Assembly (NCBI GenBank): GCA_964057225.1
Contig: OZ059899.1
Span: 11,346,001 to 11,410,000, forward strand
Length of the DNA stretch: 64,000 bases
Source of the DNA: Auanema rhodensis
Lineage: Eukaryota > Animalia > Nematoda
Direction of reading: 5' to 3'
Both the position numbers and the translations under genes were made by a program. The notes under the pieces are model-generated. The model was not told the origin of the DNA, searched no databases, and saw only the letters and a program-made list of their open reading frames with translations. Position 1 is the first letter of the stretch. Each line of letters opens with the position of its first letter. Positions 53,501 to 62,686 of the stretch are shown in pieces.

Positions 53501-56301
53501 AAGGTCCTATAGAGCATACCATACCATTGAGAACAGATATGGATATGCCAAAGCCGAGAATAACACGTATTCCCTTAGGAAAACAGGAAGAAATTGAAAA
53601 ACAAGTCAAAGAAATGCTTGAGCAAGGCATAATAGAGCCTTCTACATCTCTATTTAATAGCCCTGTAGTACTAGTTAAGAAGAAAGATGACACGTATAGG
53701 TTTGTGACAGATTTTCGAGCTTTAAATAATGTCACACGCAAGCAAACTTATGTCATTCCAAGCATTTCTGACATAGTTGATTTGGCAGCAGGCGCCCAAT
53801 TTTTCTCAAACTTCGATTTAGTGTCAGGATTTTTTCAAATATCCTTGAGAAAATCAGATCGACCACTAACAGCATTTACGACCACATCCGGCACATACCA
53901 GTACAAACGGATGCCGATGGGCCTTTGTGGAGCCCCTCATACCTTTCAAACAGCAGTAAGGTATTTGCAAAGTAAATGTTCTTGTAAACTATTTGTTTAT
54001 TTGGACGATCTATTAGTTATATCTGATACAAGAGAACAACATCTCAAAGATATCGATGATTTACTGCAAGCAGTAGAAGAATTGGGAATGAAGATAAAGC
54101 TTAAGAAATGCGCTTTTGCTCAACCAGAAGTGAAATTTCTAGGACTTATTGTAGGACGTCAAGGTATAAAACCTGACCCTCAAAAAGTCGCCGCCATACA
54201 AGATTATCCGGCACCAAAGAATGCAACAGGTGTACGAGCATTCTTGGGAATGGTTGGATTCTTTCGCAAATTCATGAAAGATTTTGCACGTATCGCAAGC
54301 CCTTTATACGATCTGACAAAGGCAGATACTGAATTCAAATGGGAAAACAAACATCAAGAAGCTTTAGACCTCCTTAAAAGAAGTTTAATACAGGCACCCG
54401 TTTTAAGCCCACCTAAATCGGACCGCTTGTTTATAGTTGAAAGCGACGGTAGTAACATCGCCATAGGTGCTGTATTATTACAACCGGAAGATCCAAAACA
54501 ACCTCTGAAAAATCTACACCCTATCGCATTTGCAAGCAGAAAACTAGTTAAAGCCGAACGTAACTACGCACCAATCGAGATAGAAGCATTAGGCCTTGTA
54601 TATGCATTAAATCAATTCCGTACATACATTCTTGGAACTCATACTATATGTATTACGGACCATCGACCTCTTACCAGCTTAATGACACGCAGAGACTTAT
54701 TTGGTCGTCTTGCGAAGTTCCAGCTGGTCATCCAAGAATATGATATTGAAATAAAATATCGCGCAGGCCAATTAAATAAAGTATGCGATGCTCTATCTCG
54801 ATATATAGGTGAAGAAGCTAACGATGCTAAGCCGGAAACAAAGAAGAAGAAAATGGAAGAAATTCACATTAACGCCATAAATACACCAACAATAAAGGAA
54901 ATTCAACTAAGCACCCCTTGGATTAAACGGACGATAGCGGAGATTGAATATAGAGCACAAAAGAACATGACAGCTAATGACAGATATTGTGTCATAAATG
55001 ACTTGCTCTATACAAAACCAACAGACAAAAAGCCACAACCCGCTATCGTAATACCACAAGAACACCCCATAATTGAGGAAATAATCAAAGTTTTTCATGA
55101 GGATCCTACAATTGCAGCACATCAAGGAATTATTAAAACAAAAGAAGCAATTCTAAGAAGATTCTATTGGACAAATATGCAGAACGACATTACTAAATTC
55201 ATCAAGAACTGCATTAAATGTGCTCAAAGAAAAAAAGATCCACATTCCATGACGGTACAACCAATAGGTCATTTTGAGATACCAAGCAAGCCATTTGAAC
55301 GAGTCCACATGGACGTAATGGGACCATTTCCCCCTTCAAAAAGAAACTGTACCTACGTCATTACCATGCAAGACGCATTTACAAAATGGTCAACAACAAT
55401 TGCTGTACCACAAATAACAACGGAAATCACAATTGACCGATTTCTAAGACATTTCGTTTACATTTTTGGACCACCCCATCGCTTGATCACCGATAGAGGT
55501 TCGAACTTTGTATCCAAAAAGTTCGAAGAAATGTGTACTAAACTTGGAATCAAACATGAACCAACACTACCACACCAAAAGAACTCAAATGGACAAGTGG
55601 AAAGACTTCACAGAACCCTCGAAGAAGGATTAACCCACTACTTAAAAGAGGACCTTAGTGACTGGGATACTGTATTACCAAAAATCACTTTTGCTATTAA
55701 CAATATTCAGCACGCGACTACAGGGATTGCGCCTTACATTGCATTATTCGGTAAAGAATGCAGAATGTCAATGGACGCTGAATTACCAGAAACGATCACC
55801 AAAATTCAAGAAATTTCTGAAGAATTACTCCAAAGAAGACCAGATATGGACAAGAGAGACGAAATAATAAAGAACCGCATAGCTAAAAATCAAGAAAATG
55901 CGAAAAAGAAGAAAGATAGAACGCAAAGAGCACACCATAGAGACATTCAACCGGGCGACATGGTGATGACGACTATAAAATCACACCAAATCGGCCAAAA
56001 GCTTCGGAAAAGCTATGATGGACCATACGAAGTCATCAACGTAGAAGGATCAAAAGTTCAAATCAGAAATTCATCAGGAAAATTACAAGATATCCACAAA
56101 GATAACTTGAAAATCTTCTCTCCTGCTTCACAAAACATCTCTTACAACACTCGCGCAAGATTTCTAGAAAGTCAAGCAGAAGAAGATAGCGACATCGAAA
56201 TAATAGAAGTGATCAACAGGAACAACAAGGATAGCATAGATACAGAGCCAGAAGATGAAAATGAAGACGAAATATGGCTTCCGAGGAATGAAGAAGAATA
56301 A
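47596..56301 (+). CDS. Gag-Env-Pol polyprotein (capsid; gB-like class III fusogen; protease; RT; RNase H; integrase). True start uncertain: frame open from 47515, first ATG at 48595
   Basis: Capsid motifs 48660-49140; signal-like segment ~49552-49626; Cys-rich ectodomain; TM ~52350-52428; LWDSGS 52672; YLDD 53998; RNase H ESDGS/TDHRPL/DALSR; integrase HHCC, DDE, YDGPY. Confidence 0.96.
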   Translation: MARRYSSAVPALYPSESSDDIAVASRTRSRTRLLSVQIEEPEQEVKPKVEKTFIPREGTYSPPDNTEEDPDFYIQDYNIQTSASTPKVHSFKSNKKIQKIQKPKQITSNTSPATPHLNLSTLSVNTDNDLASSFELTLTPQAFSTPIENSQLNKTSSLTIRKSPLSVITDKLDSKKLDSKKINKRKTNTPRRRSTSNNPIEPNQEITEVLPLSLTTDKFKSKKSLTARLIKVLNLSPGEVTTEQVDNSLHVSSNPTLNKSDSAIPSSSVSIHSTPQATSRVIKLPGKRFSSAAPTISYPTSGNSKKGGKNLTARSSGSKGITSSRTYPEDIPTMTETPRLPGAGKSTIAHALSSPYCPIYDGSRNFRDFVAKFNTFSNALGLVMPERLTILPLLLKNDRAEEAYLELPDKVRTAGPWVTLIEELTSKLCPEYNQDPALITLQNSTQGDLSIDGFAQTLRNLSLNAFSNSDTHKDHILRSTFLRGLKNTIRPGVIRAKPKTFAEAVDSARWEESIANQVADPQALLVNAIERTFPPRRNNGGRGMARGYQSFNNKNYQNYNNYNNYHPNFQNNQNYHKFAKNQKGWNFQNPFARNRNFGDRGRNYQNQNQNGYQRSHNASQNQEMSNNRQRNNSTFRGNNNNRGRGRGSRVNNLTLISPLTLAVALSVILSLVTTAEAYQLCTKATGGALLRPPSLRKCLLPPIKHILRTKVHLYTRNQTAHEWDAWRCSKEIHKMCIRDLLFLRDTNTTIARIEKIPAAECRLAVRDRRWNWSELKKIDSITYATDEPSFSPGRSFNNELCEEKARLVIERGVMTRMPDETIISNLILNTEGCLAHHGECASDTSIIIWEKQPYEYRCNYIDMSEYDAIIGDGIILLPTTQSALVIDQKEMPKQISSCFKQPIFHTTTGNYILLPQYPNDTNIHVLIEREYKKLPAKRNKRAIAECTVELNKEWIQKQEDFETLILNICPYPFLRPVMSNPGIYQIIPLIKARRAVNPSYSIIDWVSAHPEKFYFFLRSPVSDKSIQRFLQTYEIHDPEEAILYFLAQKELAATTRGAIRYLTSKQLLEQIGDRLTAHEFDEKLLEKDGSYRERAESIAMELAYTPVIFENNLSVPSRQEVLKSFVNMPPIRPTLTTDNADERIVLRNTLYLYHNLMTLRVIRPNKTAAAVDDEKFRQLTINVPDTNKLYRDKDSNYGISMGPHPRIQTPSADTRQLLIKTFLPLLEDIETPPYLTRRLSLTTTTDKPASLVQETTISYTTRIPTTTIVDTTTAVITTTLSPTTLATVTDTASRTLRKQRTSSPPVETREIQAQATYTASKVNNEIQFNLNVSRRIAQDHLQYTTTLIQEELQKRFMESYESICEIQNRYLELWRSILHIEPTIAMRTILGREDIAARFVGSDIVHVHICLPLQPKAVYHNHKINDTCYLETPVITEDERLYFAAPGSRDLLTHGKEIDCEHVPTDVYYQNGEWININGSVEVKPISLFDKAQYHQLTPLKFTGANLYTNLSLRVYSMSTAIAYGASLASIRQNHVLHTIHNDPKITSAFNLLKKGSDYISKAAEFTTSAWISVKQFLIGSIERTLIFIGSMVTIAAVLIILFVVAKFWFFRATPLTVMHVHEIDNEPPGYEETLELVSRPDQQMPDNIMKQYYPALVTFIPIAIPFVASIASAETKLPLIYISVEDKLILALWDSGSSVSYVRLSTLKYLNMAENVKKRHLVAMAANKSTFTFYGKINLVIEIAGYEIEHTFLVSNDHDCPAPALIGLDFMKALDSENIDVSLKPSKKRLEIGNNAIPLIGNESIKHTEITVNIINLRTKTLKPDEEAPIPIKTDKPLESNEVVVLGDSGSALKSLYPTAFRDTSGVYVMFRNNTDETIAMEANSVIGQAIIGEIPACEPFKHKPILPYVPPEADWESKLPYFPRDFIKDLDLENADLTKEEKHELTKIIESHREAFLNEDRKIGLFKGPIEHTIPLRTDMDMPKPRITRIPLGKQEEIEKQVKEMLEQGIIEPSTSLFNSPVVLVKKKDDTYRFVTDFRALNNVTRKQTYVIPSISDIVDLAAGAQFFSNFDLVSGFFQISLRKSDRPLTAFTTTSGTYQYKRMPMGLCGAPHTFQTAVRYLQSKCSCKLFVYLDDLLVISDTREQHLKDIDDLLQAVEELGMKIKLKKCAFAQPEVKFLGLIVGRQGIKPDPQKVAAIQDYPAPKNATGVRAFLGMVGFFRKFMKDFARIASPLYDLTKADTEFKWENKHQEALDLLKRSLIQAPVLSPPKSDRLFIVESDGSNIAIGAVLLQPEDPKQPLKNLHPIAFASRKLVKAERNYAPIEIEALGLVYALNQFRTYILGTHTICITDHRPLTSLMTRRDLFGRLAKFQLVIQEYDIEIKYRAGQLNKVCDALSRYIGEEANDAKPETKKKKMEEIHINAINTPTIKEIQLSTPWIKRTIAEIEYRAQKNMTANDRYCVINDLLYTKPTDKKPQPAIVIPQEHPIIEEIIKVFHEDPTIAAHQGIIKTKEAILRRFYWTNMQNDITKFIKNCIKCAQRKKDPHSMTVQPIGHFEIPSKPFERVHMDVMGPFPPSKRNCTYVITMQDAFTKWSTTIAVPQITTEITIDRFLRHFVYIFGPPHRLITDRGSNFVSKKFEEMCTKLGIKHEPTLPHQKNSNGQVERLHRTLEEGLTHYLKEDLSDWDTVLPKITFAINNIQHATTGIAPYIALFGKECRMSMDAELPETITKIQEISEELLQRRPDMDKRDEIIKNRIAKNQENAKKKKDRTQRAHHRDIQPGDMVMTTIKSHQIGQKLRKSYDGPYEVINVEGSKVQIRNSSGKLQDIHKDNLKIFSPASQNISYNTRARFLESQAEEDSDIEIIEVINRNNKDSIDTEPEDENEDEIWLPRNEEE

Positions 56302-56991
56302 CAACAAGATAATGCTACGTTATTTAAATTATTGTAACAAAATAACGATGAATTAGAAAAAAAAAAAAATTAATGTTAAATAACATTCAAAATAAAAATA
56401 GCATTTAATAGAGATTGAGAAAGGAAAAATAAGGCAAATTCTAAACGAGGAGATGTTATGACTAATGGTTCCAAGTTACCGTAATCCTATGCGGACTAGA
56501 GGACATTTTGACAACCATCCGAGCTCCATGTGCCTCTCCAAATAAGATGAGATAAACACTGGTAGGCGTATCAACCACAATTTCATCTTAAGTGGTAGTC
56601 TCCATTAGTAATCAAGGATTCACTCTGGGAGACATATGGAGACACATTATTAAATCATAATCTCGGTTCAATTTAGAAATGAGTACTTCTTGAGACCATT
56701 AGTCAAAATAATAACATATTCCCATTCATTACTAGCCCCTTATTCTACAATCTCTATTAGGAAATGCTTGAATATTAAGATAATTAATTTATGAAATTAA
56801 TAATATTCTAATTCATCGTCACTTCATATTATATTGAACCCTTCTTATAAATTATTGTAATTTTGTTTGTATACTAACTAAAACTCTATCATACTATAGT
56901 TATTGTGAAGCTAAAACAATTGAACTCTAAAACTCAGTTACATATAAGCCCAAATTTTTGTTTAAAATATCGCGAGGTCGCGACAATCTTT

Positions 56992-57000
56992 GAAAAAGGG
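56992..57000 (+). promoter_or_regulatory. Polypurine tract
   Basis: GAAAAAGGG, 2 nt before the 3' LTR. Confidence 0.8.
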
Positions 57001-57002
57001 CA

Positions 57003-57368
57003 CGTTCCATTCGGAGACTCTATATATGTAACTGCAGGGTTAGAGCCAGACCGACTAGAGGAATGAGGAATGGCACCGCCTTCCCTCATGCCCCTATTCG
57101 GGAGTTCGCCCCTTTGCAAGCCCATGGACGGTTTGCATCTAACTTAGTTAATCTTATATATTAGTCTTTGTCTTGTAAATGTAGTTTACTTTATCCTTGT
57201 GTTATTGTATTGTAATGATATTGTATTGTGTATAATAAATCTATATATTTCCTTATCTTATGTAATCCTTATGCTCTGTTTCCATACCGCTACACTTATG
57301 GAATACTATACGCGTAGTTGAGCAGACTACAATGGTCTGTTCAATATACGTAGGAGCATAATGGAACG
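57003..57368 (+). repeat. 3' LTR (366 bp)
   Basis: Direct repeat of 45299-45664. Confidence 0.96.
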
Positions 57369-57896
57369 ATTCCGATTCATTAACTAGATCGTGGTCAGCA
57401 TTTTACAACATTGATAAAATAGAAACTGAGAAAAAAACATCAACAAATGACACTATTAACTTGGTTTTTTGAACAGCTTTTTAATATTTCTTTTTCACTA
57501 TGAGAGAACTTATATTTATTGCTTTTTCAAAATTTTCCATTTTTAACATTATACATCTTGACTATCACACATTGAGAACAACAGTTGGCAATGTTGGTTG
57601 TCACGTCATATTTCATGCAGTTAGATTTTCAGACACATTAATACCTTTAACCATTCTTCTTATGAGTTTTGTAACGATAGATCGTAATAGGAAATGAATT
57701 GCTATAATATGAAAAAATACAAGACATAGTCAACATTGATTTCCCCAAATAGTATCATGTTTGCTTGTTATTCAATTAGAACACTTTTTTTTTGATTGTT
57801 TTCTTGAAATATTCTTTTTTTTCTTTAACAAAGTTATGACTGAGATCAAAATTTGAACTTACTTTTGAACAATTAAACAGAAATTTAAAAAATATT

Positions 57897-57970
57897 TGCC
57901 GCCAGCAGGGGTCGAACCTGCGACCTTGGGCTTATTAGACCCACGCTCTAACCGACTGAGCTATGGCGGC
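57897..57970 (-). tRNA. tRNA-Ile(AAT)
   Basis: Array copy. Confidence 0.95.
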
Positions 57971-58560
57971 TACGAAAGTACGAAATAACAAAGCGCTGAT
58001 TATAGGAAACGTGAATGAATGCAGATATTCTCAATTCCGATTCATTAACTAGATCGTGGTCAGCATTTTACAACATTGATAAAATAGAAACTGAGAAAAA
58101 AACATCAACAAATGACACTATTAACTTGGTTTTTTGAACAGCTTTTTAATATTTCTTTTTCACTATGAGAGAACTTATATTTATTGCTTTTTCGAAATTT
58201 TCCATTTTTAACATTATACATCTTGACTATCACACATTGAGAACAACAGTTGGCAATGTTGGTTGTCACGTCATATTTCATGCAGTTAGATTTTCAGACA
58301 CATTAATACCTTTAACCATTCTTCTTATGAGTTTTGTAACGATAGATCGTAATAGGAAATGAATTGCTATAATATGAAAAAATACAAGACATAGTCAACA
58401 TTGATTTCCCCAAATAGTATCATGTTTGCTTGTTATTCAATTAGAACACTTTTTTTTGATTGTTTTCTTGAAATATTCTTTTTTTTCTTTAACAAAGTTA
58501 TGACTGAGATCAAAATTTGAACTTACTTTTGAACAATTAAACAGAAATTTAAAAAATATT

Positions 58561-58634
58561 TGCCGCCAGCAGGGGTCGAACCTGCGACCTTGGGCTTATT
58601 AGACCCACGCTCTAACCGACTGAGCTATGGCGGC
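58561..58634 (-). tRNA. tRNA-Ile(AAT)
   Basis: Array copy. Confidence 0.95.
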
Positions 58635-59234
58635 TACGAAAGTACGAAATAACAAAGCGCTGATTATAGGAAACGTGAATGAATGCAGATATTCTCAATT
58701 CCGATTCATTAACTAGATCGTGGTCAGCATTTTACAACATTGATAAAATAGAAACTGAGAAAAAAACATCAACAAATGACACTATTAACTTGGTTTTTTG
58801 AACAGCTTTTTTATATTTCTTTTTTCACTATGAGAGAACTTATATTTATTGCTTTTTCAAAATTTTCCATTTTTAACATTATACATCTTGACTATCACAC
58901 ATTGAGAACAACAGTTGGCAATGTTGGTTGTCACGTCATATTTCATGCAGTTAGATTTTCAGACACATTAATACCTTTGACCATTCTTCTTATGAGTTTT
59001 GTAACGATAGATCGTAATAGGAAATAGGAAATGAATTGCTATAATATGAAAAAATACAAGACATAGTCAACATTGATTTCCCCAAATAGTATCATGTTTG
59101 CTTGTTATTCAATTAGAACACTTATTTTTTGATTGTTTTCTTGAAATATTCTTTTTTTTTCTTTAACAAAGTTATGACTGAGATCAAAATTTGAACTTAC
59201 TTTTGAACAATTAAACAGAAATTTAAAAAATATT

Positions 59235-59282
59235 TGCCGCCAGCAGGGGTCGAACCTGCGACCTTGGGCTTATTAGACCCAC
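59235..59282 (-). pseudogene. 5'-truncated tRNA-Ile (3' 48 nt only)
   Basis: tRNA sequence stops after agacccac; D arm and 5' acceptor strand replaced by the insert. Confidence 0.92.
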
Positions 59283-60286
59283 ATTTTTTTTCATTTTGAA
59301 GATAGAGGGCTCTTCAAATAGCCTCCCAGGTTCACACTTTCTATTCTATGCCCTGTTAACGTAAAAGACTATTAGAGGAAGAAAGATTCATTCATATGCC
59401 ATTCAGATATACATAATACAGAATATAAGGACTAGAAGATATATAATAAGACTAGATAAAGTACATAGAAGACTAGAGTGAATGTAATAAGACTAGATAT
59501 ACATCACTAATGAGACTAGAGATAGTCTTACTAAAGGACAAGGATAAAACGGTGGTTCAGACTAGATGAGTCATAAGATAAAGACAGCAACGAGGAGAGA
59601 GAAAAGCGACCGTCCGCGACGGTGGTATAAAACAGAGTGCCCGTGAATCTCATCAGCCAACGTGATGAGATTGCATCGATTGAATGATGAATAATCGCAT
59701 TCGCGATATTCCGGGCCAGGAGAGAGAAATCAGAACTGATTTCATTCTGCTAGTTCCTCCGCAAACTGCAGCTTGCATAATACACCAGGATGATCGTGGT
59801 CCAGTCCGCTTCCTTTGCACACATGACATATTTTCTTCATCTTCTCCACTGCTAGTTCCTCCGCAAACTGCAGCTTGCATAATACACCAGGATGATCGTG
59901 GTCCAGTCCGCTTCCTTTGCACACATGACATATTTTCTTCATCTTCTCCACACACGGTTTTCCAAAGTGGTTCCGCAAACACTTCAAGCACATGTTGATC
60001 AACTTGCAACGCTTGACGCGTTGTGCTGCAGTCTTGTAGACTGTGCATTTTCCCATGGTGTGGCCCTTCTTCCAACAGAGTTGACATTTCATGTCTTCTT
60101 CCATTTTTCTGTACTTCACTTTAGAGTTGTTCTGCTTTTTTGGTGCAGACATATTCTGACTTTTGTTAGGCATCTTTGCGTTGCCGTTATCCTGGAGTTG
60201 ATCAAGGGAATCGCTCCATTCTTTGATGTTATCAAGACTGAAATAATGATGGTTTTTATACATAGTATACCTCCCCCCGGCGAACA
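59283..60286 (-). mobile_element. ~1-kb BEL/Pao-like fragment with zinc-knuckle ORF
   Basis: Foreign sequence replacing ~266 bp of array; right end ...GGCGAACA (TGTT on the minus strand); Cys/His motifs typical of BEL/Pao Gag. Confidence 0.6.
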
Positions 60287-60287
60287 T
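59742..60287 (-). CDS. Multi zinc-knuckle protein, BEL/Pao Gag-like (181 aa; 173 aa from the ATG at 60263)
   Basis: CQLCWKKGHTMGKC, CLKCLRNHFGKPC, and two copies of CHVCKGSGLDHDHPGVLC. Confidence 0.6.
   Translation of the reverse strand: MFAGGRYTMYKNHHYFSLDNIKEWSDSLDQLQDNGNAKMPNKSQNMSAPKKQNNSKVKYRKMEEDMKCQLCWKKGHTMGKCTVYKTAAQRVKRCKLINMCLKCLRNHFGKPCVEKMKKICHVCKGSGLDHDHPGVLCKLQFAEELAVEKMKKICHVCKGSGLDHDHPGVLCKLQFAEELAE
59747..59950. repeat. Perfect 102-bp tandem duplication (34 codons)
   Basis: ctgctagttcc...cttctcca starts at 59747 and again at 59849. Confidence 0.93.
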
Positions 60288-60634
60288 TATACATCTTGAC
60301 TATCACACATTGAGAACAACAGTTGGCAATGTTGGTTGTCACGTCATATTTCATGCAGTTAGATTTTCAGACACATTAATACCTTTAACCATTCTTCTTA
60401 TGAGTTTTGTAACGATAGATCGTAATAGGAAATGAATTGCTATAATATGAAAAAATACAAGACATAGTCAACATTGATTTCCCCAAATAGTATCATGTTT
60501 GCTTGTTATTCAATTAGAACACTTTTTTTTTGATTGTTTTCTTGAAATATTCTTTTTTTTCTTTAACAAAGTTATGACTGAGATCAAAATTTGAACTTAC
60601 TTTTGAACAATTAAACAGAAATTTAAAAAATATT

Positions 60635-60708
60635 TGCCGCCAGCAGGGGTCGAACCTGCGAACTTGGGCTTATTAGACCCACTCTCTAACCGACTGAGCT
60701 ATGGCGGC
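60635..60708 (-). tRNA. tRNA-Ile(AAT) with two substitutions (D stem, variable loop); possibly defective
   Basis: c>a at 60662 and g>t at 60683. Confidence 0.8.
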
Positions 60709-61299
60709 TACGAAAGTACGAAATAACAAAGCGCTGATTATAGGAAACGTGAATGAATGCAGATATTCTCAATTCCGATTCATTAACTAGATCGTGGTCA
60801 GCATTTTACAACATTGATAAAATAGAAACTGAGAAAAAAACATCAACAAATGACACTATTACCTTGGTTTTTTGAACAGCTTTTTAATATTTCTTTTTCA
60901 CTATGAGAGAACTTATATTTATTGCTTTTTCAAAATTTTCCATTTTTAACATTATACATCTTGACTATCACACATTGAGAACAACAGTTGGCAATGTTGG
61001 TTGTCACGTCATATTTCATGCAGTTAGATTTTCAGACACATTAATACCTTTAACCATTCTTCTTATGAGTTTTGTAACGATAGATCGTAATAGGAAATGA
61101 ATTGCTATAATATGAAAAAATACAAGACATAGTCAACATTGATTTCCCCAAATAGTATCATGTTTGCTTGTTATTCAATTAGAACACTTTTTTTTTGATT
61201 GTTTTCTTGAAATATTCTTTTTTTTCTTTAACAAAGTTATGACTGAGATCAAAATTTGAACTTACTTTTGAACAATTAAACAGAAATTTAAAAAATATT

Positions 61300-61373
61300 T
61301 GCCGCCAGCAGGGGTCGAACCTGCGACCTTGGGCTTATTAGACCCACGCTCTAACCGACTGAGCTATGGCGGC
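61300..61373 (-). tRNA. tRNA-Ile(AAT)
   Basis: Array copy. Confidence 0.95.
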
Positions 61374-61965
61374 TACGAAAGTACGAAATAACAAAGCGCT
61401 GATTATAGGAAACGTGAATGAATGCAGATATTCTCAATTCCGATTCATTAACTAGATCGTGGTCAGCATTTTACAACATTGATAAAATAGAAACTGAGAA
61501 AAAAACATCAACAAATGACACTATTAACTTGGTTTTTTGAACAGCTTTTTTATATTTCTTTTTTCACTATGAGAGAACTTATATTTATTGCTTTTTCAAA
61601 ATTTTCCATTTTTAACATTATACATCTTGACTATCACACATTGAAAACAACAGTTGGCAATGTTGGTTGTCACGTCATATTTCATGCAGTTAGATTTTCA
61701 GACACATTAATACCTTTAACCATTCTTCTTATGAGTTTTGTAACGATAGATCGTAATAGGAAATGAATTGCTATAATATGAAAAAATACAAGACATAGTC
61801 AACATTGATTTCCCCAAATAGTATCATGTTTGCTTGTTATTCAATTAGAACACTTTTTTTTTGATTGTTTTCTTGAAATATTCTTTTTTTTCTTTAACAA
61901 AGTTATGACTGAGATCAAAATTTGAACTTACTTTTGAACAATTAAACAGAAATTTAAAAAATATT

Positions 61966-62039
61966 TGCCGCCAGCAGGGGTCGAACCTGCGACCTTGGGC
62001 TTATTAGACCCACGCTCTAACCGACTGAGCTATGGCGGC
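61966..62039 (-). tRNA. tRNA-Ile(AAT)
   Basis: Array copy. Confidence 0.95.
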
Positions 62040-62638
62040 TACGAAAGTACGAAATAACAAAGCGCTGATTATAGGAAACGTGAATGAATGCAGATATTCT
62101 CAATTCCGATTCATTGACTAGATCGTGGTCAGCATTTTACAACATTGATAAAATAGAAACTGAGAAAAAAACGTCAACAAATGACACTATTAACTTGGTT
62201 TTTTGAACAGCTTTTTTATATTTCTTTTTTCACTATGAGAGAACTTATATTTATTGCTTTTTCAAAATTTTCCATTTTTAACATTATACATCTTGACTAT
62301 CACACATTGAGAACAACAGTTGGCAATGTTGGTTGTCACGTCATATTTCATGCAGTTAGATTTTCAGACACATTAATACCTTTGACCATTCTTCTTATGA
62401 GTTTTGTAACGATAGATCGTAATAGGAAATAGGAAGTGAATTGCTATAATATGAAAAAATACAAGACATAGTCAACATTGATTTCCCCAAATAGTATCAT
62501 GTTTGCTTGTTATTCAATTAGAACACTTATTTTTTGATTGTTTTCTTGAAATATTCTTTTTTTTCTTTAACAAAGTTATGACTGAGATCAAAATTTGAAC
62601 TTACTTTTGAACAATTAAACAGAAATTTAAAAAATATT

Positions 62639-62686
62639 TGCCGCCAGCAGGGGTCGAACCTGCGACCTTGGGCTTATTAGACCCAC
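62639..62686 (-). pseudogene. 5'-truncated tRNA-Ile (3' 48 nt only)
   Basis: Same junction as 59235-59282. Confidence 0.92.

Larger units (their letters stand above)
45299..57368 (+). mobile_element. Full-length env-containing Ty3/Gypsy LTR retroelement (12,070 bp)
   Basis: Two 366-bp LTRs, PBS, PPT and an intact polyprotein with PR-RT-RH-INT order and GPY motif; interrupts the array spacer. Confidence 0.97.

Noticed and set aside
47895-55867. Overlapping or antisense ORFs within the polyprotein (e.g. 290 aa at 52869-53741)
   Set aside because: Shadow ORFs; the equivalent region on the left is broken into short pieces
59791-59802. GATCGTGGTC shared between the insert and the array spacer
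   Set aside because: 10-bp match away from any junction; plausible by chance
59653-60299. Alternative-frame ORFs (144, 104, 135 aa) in the 1-kb insert
   Set aside because: Only the 181-aa frame has coherent zinc-knuckle motifs; the others stay open partly because of the 102-bp duplication
9482-62432. Recurrent 65/83/95-aa ORFs (MRELIFIAF...) in every array unit
   Set aside because: AT-rich spacer with F/I/L-biased translation, length toggled by 1-bp indels, no recognisable domain; recurrence only reflects the repeat
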